A DNA stretch of 62,205 nucleotides, filler included, from Choristocarpus tenellus KU-1152 (taxonomy: Eukaryota; Protista; Phaeophyceae), in the NCBI GenBank assembly GCA_964200185.2. It is 11 parts of 11 records of this genome, joined end to end, with 100 filler letters (N's around TTAATTAATTAA, not from the genome) between each part and the next. Parts side by side here need not be neighbours in the genome. Positions count along the whole stretch, not along the records: positions 10,245 to 15,523 come from CAXNAD020011279.1; positions 15,624 to 19,336 come from CAXNAD020018352.1; positions 19,437 to 27,122 come from CAXNAD020005754.1; positions 27,223 to 32,490 come from CAXNAD020011310.1; 7 more parts are not named here. One strand, 5' to 3'. Shown one piece after another: positions 14,176 to 27,329 of this stretch (positions are counted from its first letter, which is position 1; every line of letters starts with the position of its first letter). The position numbers and the translations under genes were made by a program. The notes beneath the pieces were generated by a model, which had not been told where the DNA came from, did no database searches, and saw only the letters and a program-made list of their open reading frames with translations.

Positions 14176-15623
14176 GTGAGGTGGGAGTATCTGTCATGGA
14201 ATTACTTCAAGGCTATACTGTAATCTGCTCCTTGTCTGTCCTAGTGGTGCTTCTCTGCGAGTAGAAGCAGGGACAGTATATATGATGAATCTTGAAACAC
14301 TTCAGGTGAGCGATAACGCGGTTTAGCTCCCTCTGATGATATCAACACTGATTTGTGTGCTGCCGTTCATCGTGATCCCTCCAAAGTGTGACAGTACTAG
14401 TACAATAGTTGGTGAGAAGTAGGTACAATCTCTTTTGCACGTGTTTTATTTCTGACTAATAGGATGCCCAATCCATCTGACTAAGGAAGAAGTAAACAAT
14501 CTATAAAATGAACCTACAAAAAGTATCAATGCAACAGTAGTATACTACTACCTGGGTCTATTCGTATGCAAGCTGATCGTGTTTCCTCCCAATCTCCCCT
14601 TGAAAGCACTTGCAAAATATCAGTGCGCACACAAGAACACATGAAATATATTAGAAGTGTGATGATAGATCAGCGACTGTCAAGCTTCCTAGTTTAGTAT
14701 TAGTCTGAAGAGCAATTTGTAGTTTTGTCCGCCTGCTGCAGGTCATAGGTTTAGCCGACTTAGTCACAAGCTATCAGAGACCTATATTCAAACATTAGTG
14801 GGAGTATGTACTAAGTTGAACATTGGTTGTGTATAAAGCGTTTGTGTGGATATTTCAATACCAGTTGACTGTGTGGTGTAACATTAGTGGAACGATGGGA
14901 ATAGTTTGTGTGCAAAAAAGAGCGCTAAAGCTGCTGAGTCTTTCTATATCTGTGCAATGGGAGAGTTGCAAGTTAGGGAATAAATTTGTTATGATGTAAA
15001 CTGAAAGAGTAGATATGTAATTGTGATGCTGCTAGTTGCCTTCCTCGAGAGTAGCAGTCACTCAACTAATATGTATGACGAGCAGTGAGGTGAACGGTCC
15101 CATGACTGGTGAATTGTATATGCTGGATGTTCATATTCGAGGATATCATTCAATCTGTCTCATGTTAGTATGAAATGAAATTGACTGGTTACTCTCCTTG
15201 AACAAGAGAAAGTATTGTCTCCAAAGATAGACTCACATGGCCTGCTGGTCACCTCACGTCAGATGTGGTCCATAGACTGTTGTCTTATCAGAGCGAGTAT
15301 AATGGGTACTGTAGAATTTTCGGAATGCTCCTATTTAACTGAAAATTGAACTGTATTATTCTGATCGTTGTGTATTCAATGTGGTTATCGTTTCCTGTTG
15401 CGAGGTGGCCAATTGATAGATATCGTAGTCAGAATAAAGACGTATTACCTCAGTACACCAATATCAATTCTAACTGCCGATGGGGATACAACTGAAATGG
15501 CTCAAAGTATCTGAGGGGGGGGGNNNNNNNNNNNNNNNNNNNNNNNNNNNNNNNNNNNNNNNNNNNNTTAATTAATTAANNNNNNNNNNNNNNNNNNNNN
15601 NNNNNNNNNNNNNNNNNNNNNNN

Positions 15624-15818
15624 AGGTAAACGAGCTTGTCTTCCAAACATAAGGAAAAACGGGGTTTCATGCAACTTTGCACTAAATGCTGTGTTGTGGG
15701 CTAACTGTACGAAAGGCAATAACGATGCCCAGTGAAGAGAAAACGTCCTATTGAAGGTAAATATCAAACATGTTACTAGTACATTGGACGCAATGAAAGA
15801 TCTATATTGCGGATGCAA
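15624..15818 (-). mobile_element. Ty3/Gypsy integrase fragment, degenerate, truncated at the contig end
   Basis: HWASLLPFVQLAHNTAFSAKLHETPFFLMFGRQARLP matches the Gypsy integrase W..L....AYN.......TPF...FGR...LP motif, preceded by HPQ. Confidence 0.8.
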
Positions 15819-17146
15819 ATATTCATTGTGGTTAGAGGGTGAGAGTATGGATCAGATTCGAGGAAGGTCCTCCATGGAGGACCACATCTATACGGAAATT
15901 TCAATTGATGATGAAGGAAGGGGCTGCTGTCCTCCAAGTTGCGAGAGACATCCGTTTTTTGTCTGCACATGTTGCCCAGTTGCTGGACCATGGTTGAACC
16001 CTGCCTGTACTTAGCCACCAGCTCGGGGTCAACTGTTCGCGTGCCCAGCGTTCACCTCCTACCTCCAACATCCCTCCACTGGGTAGCCAGTTGAGAGTAC
16101 CTCCTCCACCCCTACAGAACGATTCACTGTGAGGTAAAATTCAGGGGGGTTGGCTCGAGGAGTTGAGTAGAGACCCAAACGTTGGCCCCTTGCCCACATT
16201 CGTACCTGTGCCTGGCTAAAGGCATTGTAGAAGACTCCCATGAAGATCGGGGGTCTGTTGGTAGTAGTTCACGTACATGTGTGGGTGTCCTTGTGGCTCA
16301 GTTATTTAAGGCCGTAGTGACCTGTGTGAATTTAGTATGTTTGAGTTCCTCTGATGCCAGATTTCTTTTCACAAGTATCTGCTTTCGAAGATGCTATTCG
16401 ACATGGCAAAGCACAACGGACTGTTCACACTTGTACTATCCTGTCTGTGGTACACCAATAAAACGTCGGACCAGTATCAACGTGTACACTTCGGTGAGGG
16501 TCCAGCAGAAGATTCGACGGAGGAGACTGAGGAAAGAGTGGTGGGAATGGTGAACCCAACACGCGAGAACCAAGGTCAGAATGGAAGGAGGAGAGTTAGT
16601 CGTAGTGTGACAGTCAGTAGTGGTACGAGAAGTACATGTGTAGAGTGTGGTATAGTAATTCCAGCAAGTATCAAGATCATCCACAACTAATTTGCGAGAA
16701 TCAACAAAAACTATCTTATTAATATCCCCCCTTACATGTTTGACATACAAATTGTAATACAGGAAAAACAATAGTATTTATGGGGTAATAAAAGAATGGA
16801 GATAAAATGTTTTAATGGAACACTCTTAAAATGACTGAGTATTCATGTTCACAAATTACATTTTCCATATTCTTGTCATGTTGCCTATCACAACAACGTG
16901 TCCAAATGTTGCGGCGTATATTATTATCAAAACATCAAAACTCAATGTTCAACAACAGTATCGCCAGCACATCTTTCTCAAATGTCAACCTAAGTTGGAG
17001 GTCTACTGCTTCCAACCTTGGAGACATCCTGCTAGCCTTTCCCTCACTCATTATAGTAGCCATTGTGGTGGAGTTGGCTTCAGATATCCTCTCTTGCACA
17101 ACGGTGTGATTGACTTCCAGGAAGCACACACTGAAGGGAGGGACCG

Positions 17147-17549
17147 ATGGTGATGCGATGTGGCTTTCCTTGTGCCCGGAGTCATCTCTTACTACTCTCA
17201 AAATCTCCCACAAGTCCAATTTCAGCACTTGACTATCTAGGATATCCCCGTCGAATGTCATCCTCAGGTGACCAATGGGAAACGAGTGTCCTGTTGTTCT
17301 CTTCAAAACATCTCCATCTCAAGAAGAAAACAGCAAGAGAAACTCGATCGAAAGGAAGAGGCCACGATAGCTAACACCGATCGTACTCCAACCGAGATGG
17401 AATATCCTAATATATTTTGCCTTCTGATTGTATATTCTAGGAGGGACCCTCGAAAGGAGGCGAGGGAGGGCAATCTTTGTGGCTGCAACAAAGGAGCATA
17501 CAGGCAAGACCTCTGTGTCCATGGCCGTACTTGGAGGACTAGTGCAAAG
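17147..17549 (+). CDS. BioD-like/AAA_26 P-loop protein (similar to the phosphotransacetylase N-terminal domain), 5' exons 17147-17267 and 17441-17549
   Basis: Exons splice in phase 1 to MVMRCGFPCARSHLLLLSKSP...RRMSSSG/GTLERRRGRAIFVAATKEHTGKTSVSMAVLGGLVQR. The IFVAAT..H.GKT P-loop is characteristic. Downstream exons were not found. Confidence 0.7.
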
Positions 17550-20061
17550 GTACGGACCCCCAACGAAGTTGGAAGGCGGAAATAGCGGACAGCTTTCGTT
17601 TGACTTCTGGACATACTGATTAGGGCATGGTCTGTCCATGATTCTCGTCAGATGCAAGCGGTAGGAGGTTGCGACAAAGGGTGTAAAGAAAATGGAGAGG
17701 TGTTTTCTTCCTTTGGCGTGATGTTTTTTCGCGGTTGCGTTGCTCAATATCTGTTTCGATCCTTTTTGGACCCGTGCTTATTTCGATCCTGCGTGTTCAC
17801 GTAGTGGCCGTGCAAAATCTCTGGAATTGCTCGATGAGACGAATAGCGAGAAGGGATAGTACAGGTGCCTACATCCAGGACTTTTTGATGGGCATGTTCA
17901 GCAACATATAGAGTACTCATCTAGCCCCTGAGGGCGAAGTAGCATTACTGTGATTGGTTGGGGCTGACATGACCTGATCGGCAAAAAAACGAGTTGCGCA
18001 TTGAACTAGTCGTCTATGCTAAATTAGTATTTTGTCCACCTTGTACCAATTGCGAACAGCAACTGCTTGTGCGTTATATTGCAAGTCATTGGCTGATGCC
18101 AATTGCTGCTTGAAATGGATGATTGAAGGGACAATGAAGTGGACACTCGCTACACAACGCCTATCATGGCGACTTCATTGTGTTTTATGCAAACACACGG
18201 TTGGTGTGAGGAAGCATTCTATTGCTGCCTTTATGGCCTATACACACACCTGCACGTACAGAGGGGGGGGGAGGGGGGCATGCTTCCTCACAGACAAGTG
18301 TGTCACACTATTTTGCAGATTTGTAGTTGCGGTCAAACTGCAACTGCAGTCAAGGGTTACATTTTATGAAAGAAATGCAATGATTAGCGTTGGCCAACAC
18401 ACACCACCGTACCGGTGGTGCAAGGGCTACGACTCAGTTGGCGTTACCATATGACCGTGCAAGAAACTGTTGAAGGTATACCTTCAACTTGACGAATTGC
18501 TTGATACTCCAAGTGCTGAACAAATTCACACTGTGCAGCACCGCTGACCTCTGATTTCTTGATTCGACCCAACATCTGTAACCAGTAACCTTTCTTTAAA
18601 ATCGTAACCAGATCGCCCCTCAAAACCACCCTATATATATATATATATATATTTATTTATTTTTCTCTCCTGCAGTGCATCTCAGGGTATCGCAGGGTAT
18701 GGGTCATTTTAATATTTATTTGTGGTTTGACTTGCTTCTAGTCGTTAGTTTTTTTCGGAACACAATGAGAAAAAAAAGAAAAAAAAGAAAAAAAAGAAAA
18801 AAAAAGGCCTTCTACTTCCGAGTAGACAGTACAAGTCTGGTTGTTCCACATCTCAGGATAGATACAGTGCGATAGATTGATGCGGGTTGGATTGAGATAC
18901 AGTGCGGTATCGTTCATTGCGCCCCCGCTGCGAGCATTTTTATTGGAACCTTCTTCAAGCGACATTGCAGGATTGTTGTTGATGACTGTGAAGTCAGGTT
19001 GTAATTGTGTTCGTGGGGCAGTGGAGGTCAGACACCAGCAGTTGCATCCTGCCGACTCTTGGGTGTTGAATCACGTTGTTCTGTTTGCACCTTGTCCCCC
19101 ACCCCTGACTGGTAGCACTGTACTTCACGTGATGTATCTTGGTGTGACACCATGGTGTAAGCATCCTCTGTACTAGGTACATGTAAACCCTAACCCTGAT
19201 ATGCGAAGATATAAAACCCTTGATTTTTTGCAAGATGTTGTTTCGGGCACGGAGTAGAGGGGGAGATTTTTTTCATTTGCTTCATCTTTGATTGCAAGAA
19301 TATATATATAGGGCTCAAAGTATCTGGGGGGAGGGGNNNNNNNNNNNNNNNNNNNNNNNNNNNNNNNNNNNNNNNNNNNNTTAATTAATTAANNNNNNNN
19401 NNNNNNNNNNNNNNNNNNNNNNNNNNNNNNNNNNNNGGGGAGTAGTGACCTATGCCCGCATTTCCACTGATGCCTCTGAAAAGGTTGGAATGCCTTGGTG
19501 GTCGTAGGGTTAGGTTAGGGTTAGGGGTTTGAGGGGGGGCATTCACATACACTCCGATAAGAACAGCTTAAAGGGGAAGGTCAGTGGAGAAACAGATGAT
19601 GCAAAGGAGATGGACTGCAGAGTCCAGATGACAAAGGGAAAAGGTAAAAGGTGTGATTCTTCATGGTCCATGCTATCTCACACGGCATATATCATATACA
19701 AAACCGAACTGATACCCCTAACCCTAACCCTATGTCATGTTCTGCTCACTTGTTTGCTAGATTATCCTCTAATGTGCCCACACAGACAACACAAAACAAC
19801 CCCTCATTCGTTCGCCCATGCTTGATCTGTAGGCATTCACTCGAACAAGGCAAAAAAGTCTTACTTTTCAGAGTATAATCACGTATACACACATGACCGT
19901 TTCACTGTCAATAGCCCTCATCCCGAGACATAACAATCATAGAAAAGGAGAATAAAAAAAGAATAAAAAAAGATACACCAATTACGCATCTCTCAGCTCG
20001 AGCAAAAATAAAAATAGTAAAAATAAAAAAATAAGACCACACTGCTCGAGTACACAACCAC

Positions 20062-22172
20062 CTCTTTTGCCCTGGTAGACAAATGGTACCCCTCGGCAGC
20101 CAAAGTTAGCAACAAGCGACACCTCTTTTGAAGTTTGTAGTCCCAGCACAGGATACCACCTGACAGAAATAAGTTCACATACATACAGTTATATACATAC
20201 ATACATACATACATGCATACATACACACGTACAGATGTATTAACCTAAAAATTACCAACAAACCTCAAACACAATATGAACGTGTCAATATGGGGAAAGA
20301 CACACAACCTTGGATAATATTAGTATCATTATTATCAGTGTATTGTATATATATATATGACAGCGGTACCCCTAACCCTAAGGTAATCTCAAGTATAATA
20401 CATACGGGTATCTGTACCCATGAATAGATGTAAATTAATTTTCGTGATTGAAGTACTTCAAAGTACACACACCAATGAATCATTCAAGGACAATGACAGC
20501 TACAACCAAGGTTTGCTTGAATGCACAAGTTTACTCAGTCCTTGTTGAGGACGTAACCTTGTCGGTACCAAATCAACTCAGTGCTTTTGTGTGTATGTGT
20601 GTACATGCCACTATCTTGTTCAGCACATAAAGAGACTGACGACAGGCTGGACCAAGACGGGGTGGTCACCATCGTGTTCAGGGAAAGGAGGATAATGCCC
20701 AATATTGGAAAAACTAAACTTGCAGCAAAATGATAAGAACTTTTTTTTTCGAATGAAAACCTGTGTGAAGAAGTAATAGCATCGTCAATACCACAACTAC
20801 CAACACCGCATTGTTGATTAACTTTAATGCCAAAGCAGGGTTGATTAACTTTAATAGCAGCAATGTTTAGGGTTAATACAACACTGCCATCACATAGTAT
20901 CACTAAAAATTTGGACAATAATCACAACAACCATAAATCAGTACCATCGGCAAAGTCTCAATACAAAAAGAACCTATACTTCCGAGACCACCAACGCAAG
21001 AACCATGGAACCAGTCAGGTAGAACAGAGACATTCGCTACGCTTTCCTACCTTCCTATATGCACCGGCAGTGAAACACAGCAGGAAATATGTCTCATTCC
21101 CGCCGAAAGTATAAGCTTACCTGGCCGATGCCTGCAACTCCGTCATAGGCTCCTTCACCTTCGCCACACACTTCCCGTTGAGTGTGAACCAAAGCAAGTC
21201 TCCAGGTACCTCCCAACCAAAGCCGACCGTGTCTCCTCGTCCAAACGCCGGTGGGGTGCTCGAAACCTCTCCGTCGCCAGCAACCTTAGACAGAAACGCT
21301 GCTTCGGTCCCTTGAGATTTGAGCAGTGAATGCACCACAATTTCTCCCCGAGAGGAGTATCCCACGGACCCAGGCAACTCCCCGGGGAGGAAGTCGACAA
21401 CGCATGGCTTGCCGAGAAGTCCATCGGCCTGTGCAAAGCCCACTACAACCTTTTCATGGGCATCCCCAACCTCATGATTTCCGGTGTCCTGAAGTGTCAC
21501 TTCAACATAGTACATTAAGGTCCTACTGGAAGTATTCGCATCCAGGAGGGCCTCTGTGGAGAGACGAAGTATTTCCAGCGGCGCCGGGGCGTTGGCTCGC
21601 AACGTACACTTCGAGCTGGCTCTCCTGCACAATCATCATGCGAAAACATGGTGACCCAACCGGAGTAACATGATAGGGGCAAATTCCCAACGTCAGAAAC
21701 CACTCACGCCAGTCAGGCTATAATTGAGGGTAAGCATTGTTATTAGAAGACCAGTTCTTCCTCAGTCTCGAGGTCATCTCAAGAACTACAACTTAGGGGA
21801 GAACACACTCACGAAAAACGAAGACGAGGAGAGTTGTCCTGGTCATCCTGGACCTGCCCCAGGAAAGTCTCTGGAAGATCCCACTGATCTGAAAGAAGCG
21901 GTGGCTCACTGATTTCATCTGTATTCCTCTCCCCCCTATCCCCTTCCTCTAGGCGGTCCCCCATACCTGGGGTGTCATCCGCCCAAAACTTCGAACCAAC
22001 CCTTTCCTTTGGTGATATTATTTGCCTCAGGTTAGGTTGTAGAAGGCGTATTTCTTGTTTGCTGAATATCCCAAAATATTTGGTTTTGATGCGATCAATT
22101 CAATCCAAACCAGCTAGCTCTCTACCTCTCCTGTTGATCCCCATAGGGACCTTCGTCTATGATAGCCACCAT
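20062..22172 (-). CDS. SPRY-domain protein; exons 22172-22126 (tentative), 22061-21813, 21624-21121, 20159-20062; 3' end unresolved
   Basis: Spliced product has TLRANAP, YYVEVTL, VVVGFA, LPGELPGSVGYSSRG, FGRGDTVGFG, WFTLNG, WYPVLGL and ANFGCRGVPFVY, the ordered SPRY (RanBP9/SSH4-type) motifs. An alternative start is MGDRL at about 21964. Confidence 0.85.
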
Positions 22173-25100
22173 GGCTGAGGGTCTACTGCGAGTGGTGACT
22201 GGGTCCGATGCAGACAGTGGATTCGTGAGGGAGAGGGTCGGACAGGCTAGGGGGAACCCCTGGGAAAAGGTAGCTGAAAAGCTGACTGGTTTCTTCAACG
22301 TCCTCATCAACACCACCCTTGAGGCGAGCGAAAAGCGAAGCGTGTAAATTTCTCCTGAGTGGGTGACGAAGGGGGAGATTCCTGCCCATCCGGAAGTCTT
22401 CGTTTCACTGAGGAATACGGTTTGTTGGTATCGATGTCCACTTGGAACCTTTCTTTCCATTGATCTATCTTACGTTTTACAGGACATATGTGCCCGTGTA
22501 TGAGGGTTTGTGATAAGTATGTATTTAATATCCCTACATGAAAATTACCACCGGAAATGTAATGGAATTGACTCATCCACTCCGTTGTGTGATCACGTGT
22601 TTTCTTAGGCTCTAAAGTACGTCATTGTCGTTGAGGTGCTGCTGCTGTCTGCTGGTGCGTTTTATGCCCTACTTTACTGGCTTGTGATGCCTGCAATGGT
22701 GCAGGAGAGGCTGGTCTACCTTGATTACGCAGAAAATACGCTGGTGAGATGTGTAATGATACTTGATGCACCAATCCGCGATGGAGTATAGTGAAAGCGT
22801 TGGAATCAGGTCATTTCAAGTTTGTGGCAGTCGAAAGGAAATACATCAAATGTGGCCCCATTGCCATTAGCAATGAATTGATTTGGGGGTAAGGAGACAA
22901 GCAACCCGAACTCTTCTGGATGCTCTATGTAGGTGGATGTGCCTTGTGTCGGTGTACGATGTATGCTGCTCCAGGAAAGACTAAAGTACTAATCGGCTTC
23001 ATCCCCCCAGAATGTGCTCTGCAGGGCAACCGAAATATTAGATAGACGCCTGTAAGGGGAGGATCAAGACCACACTATAGCAGCTGTAACTTCATCATTG
23101 ACAATAATGGTGCCAGGAACCATATTCTTGAAGACATGATATTGTTTCCATTCCATCTTAATTGACATCTTCTGTGACAGGCCTCGAGCACCGGAAAGCA
23201 TCTATCACACCAACCAATATCAAATTTTACACGAGAGCCCCCCTCCCCCCCACCCTTCCCTACTCCCCCTGGCAATTAATGGCTTGTGGTGTAAGGGTGG
23301 ACCAACTGGAACTGTAGACTTTTTGGCGGAGCACACCCAATGGGAGCCATCTCACCTTACAGAAGTGCATCGACTAGGAGACAGGCAAATAACGGGAGCG
23401 TGGAGAGGGGGGGGGGAGGAGAGCTAGTACATAGAGGGTGGTAGTAGATTTTAGTGTATGTTAGAGCTCCTATGCCACTGGTGAGTGGGTTCCTCTTTTG
23501 ATCAAATATATAGATGCTCTTCCTCTAGGAGGAGAACGATGTATGTTTTGATAAGCAGAATAATCAGGGACTGTTCGTTGTTTTTTTGGTGTTTTGAATG
23601 CGCCAACCCTCCCAACTCCCCCCCACCATGTCAATGTCAAGCTGTGCCGGTGTGGGTGTGTAGTACAAAAATTGCAAAACAAGCGTGTGACTGGGTGCCA
23701 GGGAGCCCTCCCCTCCCCCCATCTCGTATTCATTGTGTGGATAAATTAAATTAAGCTATTCGCCCAGTAGTGTTGAACTTCAGTTTGTATTCCAAGATAG
23801 AAATGTACTGTTAATGTTTTTGAAATTCTGTTTCAGATTGACTGGTATTGTCCTTGCTGGATTTTTCTCATGATGCAATATAATAATAATAATATCAATG
23901 CAATATCCCTTCATTCACCCATGAATCATTTCAGGGTCCTACAACCCGGGCAGCACTATGATATTGCCCTGGAGCTTGAGATGCCAACATCTGAGATCAA
24001 TAGGAAGTCGGGGGTATTCATGGTGAGTGTTTTCGGGGCTGGGGAATCCAGGGGGTTGGGAGCATGGGTTAGTTAGGGGGGAGGGGGAGGGCAGGTGTAT
24101 CAGATTGGATGTTGATTTGGAGAGATTAAGAGTCTACTGAAAGGTTGAACATGGTGTTGTGGGAGAAGGTATAGCTTAAAGTGATACCCCAAGGTTTGCA
24201 GACTCTTTTCCTCCAAGTATGCGTTGCATTATGTTGAAGTATGTGACAGATGTTTGTACATGTCTGATTTGCTCTGAGGGTAAAGCATACAGAAGTCTAG
24301 GGACTGAATAGTGGGATGTGATTACGTATCTAACAGCAGAGTTTTATAGTGTTGCAGGCGTTCCTCTTCTCCATGGTACTGTGAAATTGAATATTCACTG
24401 TGTGAGTTGCCCCCCTATTGTTGATTTGATTTAGTTCAAGAATGCTTTCGCCGCAGTAGGTATTTAAGTGTCTCAATGAAGAGGAGTGGTTGATGTTTTG
24501 GAGTTTGAAGGGGGGAGGGGGGGGGACTACACTTCATTGTAAGGCATTCCATTATAGTAGTTCAGGTTCATTACAGGTCGAGGCAAAGGCAACGTCAGGT
24601 TCACTGGAAGTACTTGAGGAACACACATGGATGACTGATGAGGTGGCCATGGTTTGTTATACCAAAGCGTCTTTTTGAGGTTTAGTTGTTATTATAAGAA
24701 GTTTTTTTCTTAAAAGGAAATCAGAGTAGTCCTTAAGGAGGTTTTTGTTGCGTGTTTTGTTTGAAAAAGGTTTGCCTTGAAAACGCCCCCTGATAGAGGG
24801 GAAACCCTCTATATATAGAGAGAACGAGTCCTACTTTCACTTTATTGGAGGCTTAGGGTTAGGGTTAGGGTTCAGTAGACAAAACTACCAACCACATGCA
24901 AGAGCCTCGATTAAGTTCACCCTCCTTCCTGGGCCAAACCTAATAGACTTGTACTGTGTAAAGCAACCTGGGAGGTAGGGTGGGAGAGCTTAGAAGACAA
25001 TCAAAAGCCCAGAACTTAAATATTGACAAGGTGTTTGGTTGTGTTCCATGTGAGCTCTGGTGTGGACGGTGGGGGTGTTCATTGTTGACCCCTTGTTGTT

Positions 25101-27037
25101 GAGGGACATGTCCAATGGGGGCGTTTTTTTTTTAGCTGTGGTAGGTCTGCAGTAGGGGCGTTACACACCTTTTACGGATTATGGTTAGGGTTAAGGGTTA
25201 ATAGGGAGGGTGTAATCTCACTCTGATTAGCAGTATGACTTGCTGTATGTAAGTGTAGGGTTAGGGTTATCTCACACTGATTAACAGTATGACTTGCTGT
25301 ATGTAAGTATAGGGTTAGGGTTATCTCACTCTGATTAGCAGTATGACTTGCTGTATGTAAGTGTAGGGTTAGGGTTATCTCACACTGATTAACAGTATGA
25401 CTTGCTGTATGTAAGTGTAGGGTTAGGGTTATCTCACACTGATTAACAGTATGACTTGCCGTATGTAAGTATAGGGTTAGGGTTATCTCACACTGATTAA
25501 CAGTATGACTTGCCGTATGTAAGTGTAGGGTTAGGGTTATCTCACACTGATTAACAGTATGACTTGCCGTATGTAAGTGTAGGGTTAGGGTTATCTCACA
25601 CTGATTAACAGTATGACGTGCCAAATGTAAGTATATTCAACGCTGTACTGGTTTGAAGGGTTAGGGCTAGGGTTAAGGGTTACTACTTGTCCTGTTCACT
25701 TTTTTATGGGTTTTTAACTGTAGAGTGAAGGCAACCCAAGCGCCGCAGTGGGATCTAGGTGTTAGGTCTAGGGTTATTGACATGCAAGGTCATCCTTTTT
25801 TTTTATTGTGGAAACTCTTACCCTCCAGGGTACCTGTCTGACTGCGTAGGTGTACTTCAACAATATTTTTATCTGTTTTTCCATGTGTTTAGAGGGGCTT
25901 ATTGATAGTTGTGGATGTGCCTGCTCTGGTAGGCTGCACATTCGTATTTGTTGTGAACATTGATTGGACTACTGTTGGTCTCATTGCACTGGAGAACTAG
26001 GGAGTTCTGGCGAAGGAGGCGTTTTATTGTTTTGTCACTATTTGGCAGAGTATGCTTCTTGCACAACTTGAGAGGCTATCTTGAGACTATATTGTTTGTC
26101 ATCAGAAAAAAATAAAATATATATATATATAAATATTACTTTTTGAATTGTGCACTTGAATCATCTGTGTACTTGATGGTGTTTCACTGAAGGAAGGAAG
26201 ATGCCTTGGAATAAGAACCCCCTGCTCCCCTCCCCTCCCCCCCCTACACACCCAAATTTGTGTTCTGATGTGTTAAGAATGCTGAGTTTTTCATTCGCCT
26301 TCCTGGTTAACCCTAACCCTATTGTGGATGTTTTTGTCAGTGGTCCAAACAGGATAATAACCCTAACCCAAACAGGATAGAAAGAGGAGATGTCCATCCC
26401 TAACCCTACCCCTTTCTCAATTCTTCATTTCATCTCAAGCACCATTACCTGTAAAAGGTCCATAGGGTTAGGGTTTGAATTCCCAACAGAAAAACGATAG
26501 CCCTAACAGTAAACATCCCACTACAGTTTCCATGGCAGTCAGCCGTGGGGGGGGGTGTTGAGAGTTCTTTGTCTCTGTCTGCCCCCATTCCATTGGTTCT
26601 CTCTCTGTGCCAGGCGAATCTCCCATTATTTCATGAGTGAGGGGGAGCACTGAGATTCTGAGAGGGTCTGTAAAATGCCCGCTCAATGCTGTATCGGGAG
26701 AGGGGGGGGTTACATATTCTTTCTGTCCTCTACAGCAATTTTTTTTATCTCTCTTGATTTTTTTTGCATGCTTTCTAGAAAAAAAATATATATATTTTTT
26801 TTTAATCTGTGTTGTGCATGTTGTGTTGTGTTGTGTGTGTTTATAAATAAACAGATAAATGTTTTGCTCCTGGACCATGAAGGAGATCGTTTGGGGAAGT
26901 CTGCTCGTCCCGTGATGGTACCGTACTCATCCCGTGTCCTCAAAGGACTCAAGATGACGGTGGCCTGGCCCCTGTTCCTCCTGGGGTTCCGAGAAGAGTC
27001 AGAGACGGTTTCTGTAAAATTCTTTGATTTTTATCAG
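22171..27037 (+). CDS. SEIPIN: Seipin (lipid-droplet biogenesis protein), 5' part; exons 22171-22323, 22609-22743, 23296-23384, 23935-24022, 26855-27037
   Basis: TM helix (VLLLSAGAFYALLYWLVMP) and VYLDY, then VLQPGQHYDIALELEMPTSEINRKSGVFM and SARPVMVPYSS...WPLFLLGFREESETVSV. These are canonical seipin luminal-domain motifs; all splice phases are consistent. Confidence 0.9.
25212..25632. repeat. 54-bp minisatellite, about 8 copies, each carrying a TAGGGTTAGGG telomere-like motif
   Basis: Unit GTTATCTCACACTGATTAACAGTATGACTTGCTGTATGTAAGTGTAGGGTTAGG repeats head-to-tail with few substitutions, in seipin intron 4. Confidence 0.95.
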
Positions 27038-27329
27038 GTGAGGGCTGGTGTTGGGGATTGGATAACAATTCCCAGCTTGCCGTGCCGATGGAGGTAAAAA
27101 CAGAGGATGGTCTGGGGAGGGGNNNNNNNNNNNNNNNNNNNNNNNNNNNNNNNNNNNNNNNNNNNNTTAATTAATTAANNNNNNNNNNNNNNNNNNNNNN
27201 NNNNNNNNNNNNNNNNNNNNNNATCTACTAGTAAAAGGTTCTGATAACTCAACTACTAATTGATTGTTCCGTTACTCTGTAACTGTCCACGTAACTGTCC
27301 GATAGAGTTGGAAGAGTCTAATCGAACAG

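Noticed and set aside
15830-17110. Overlapping ORFs upstream of the Gypsy integrase fragment
   Set aside because: No recognisable motif or consistent splice model; possibly decayed retroelement sequence but unsupported.
21708-21717. 10-nt micro-exon (TAG|CCTGACTGGC|GTGAGT) in the SPRY gene
   Set aside because: Inclusion shifts the frame and gives a premature stop, while direct splicing keeps the frame. At most a poison exon, and unsupported.
25172-25632. CRISPR-like array or 18-aa repeat protein ORF
   Set aside because: Units are head-to-tail with no unique spacers and there are no cas genes. The ORF is a by-product of a 54-bp unit in a seipin intron.
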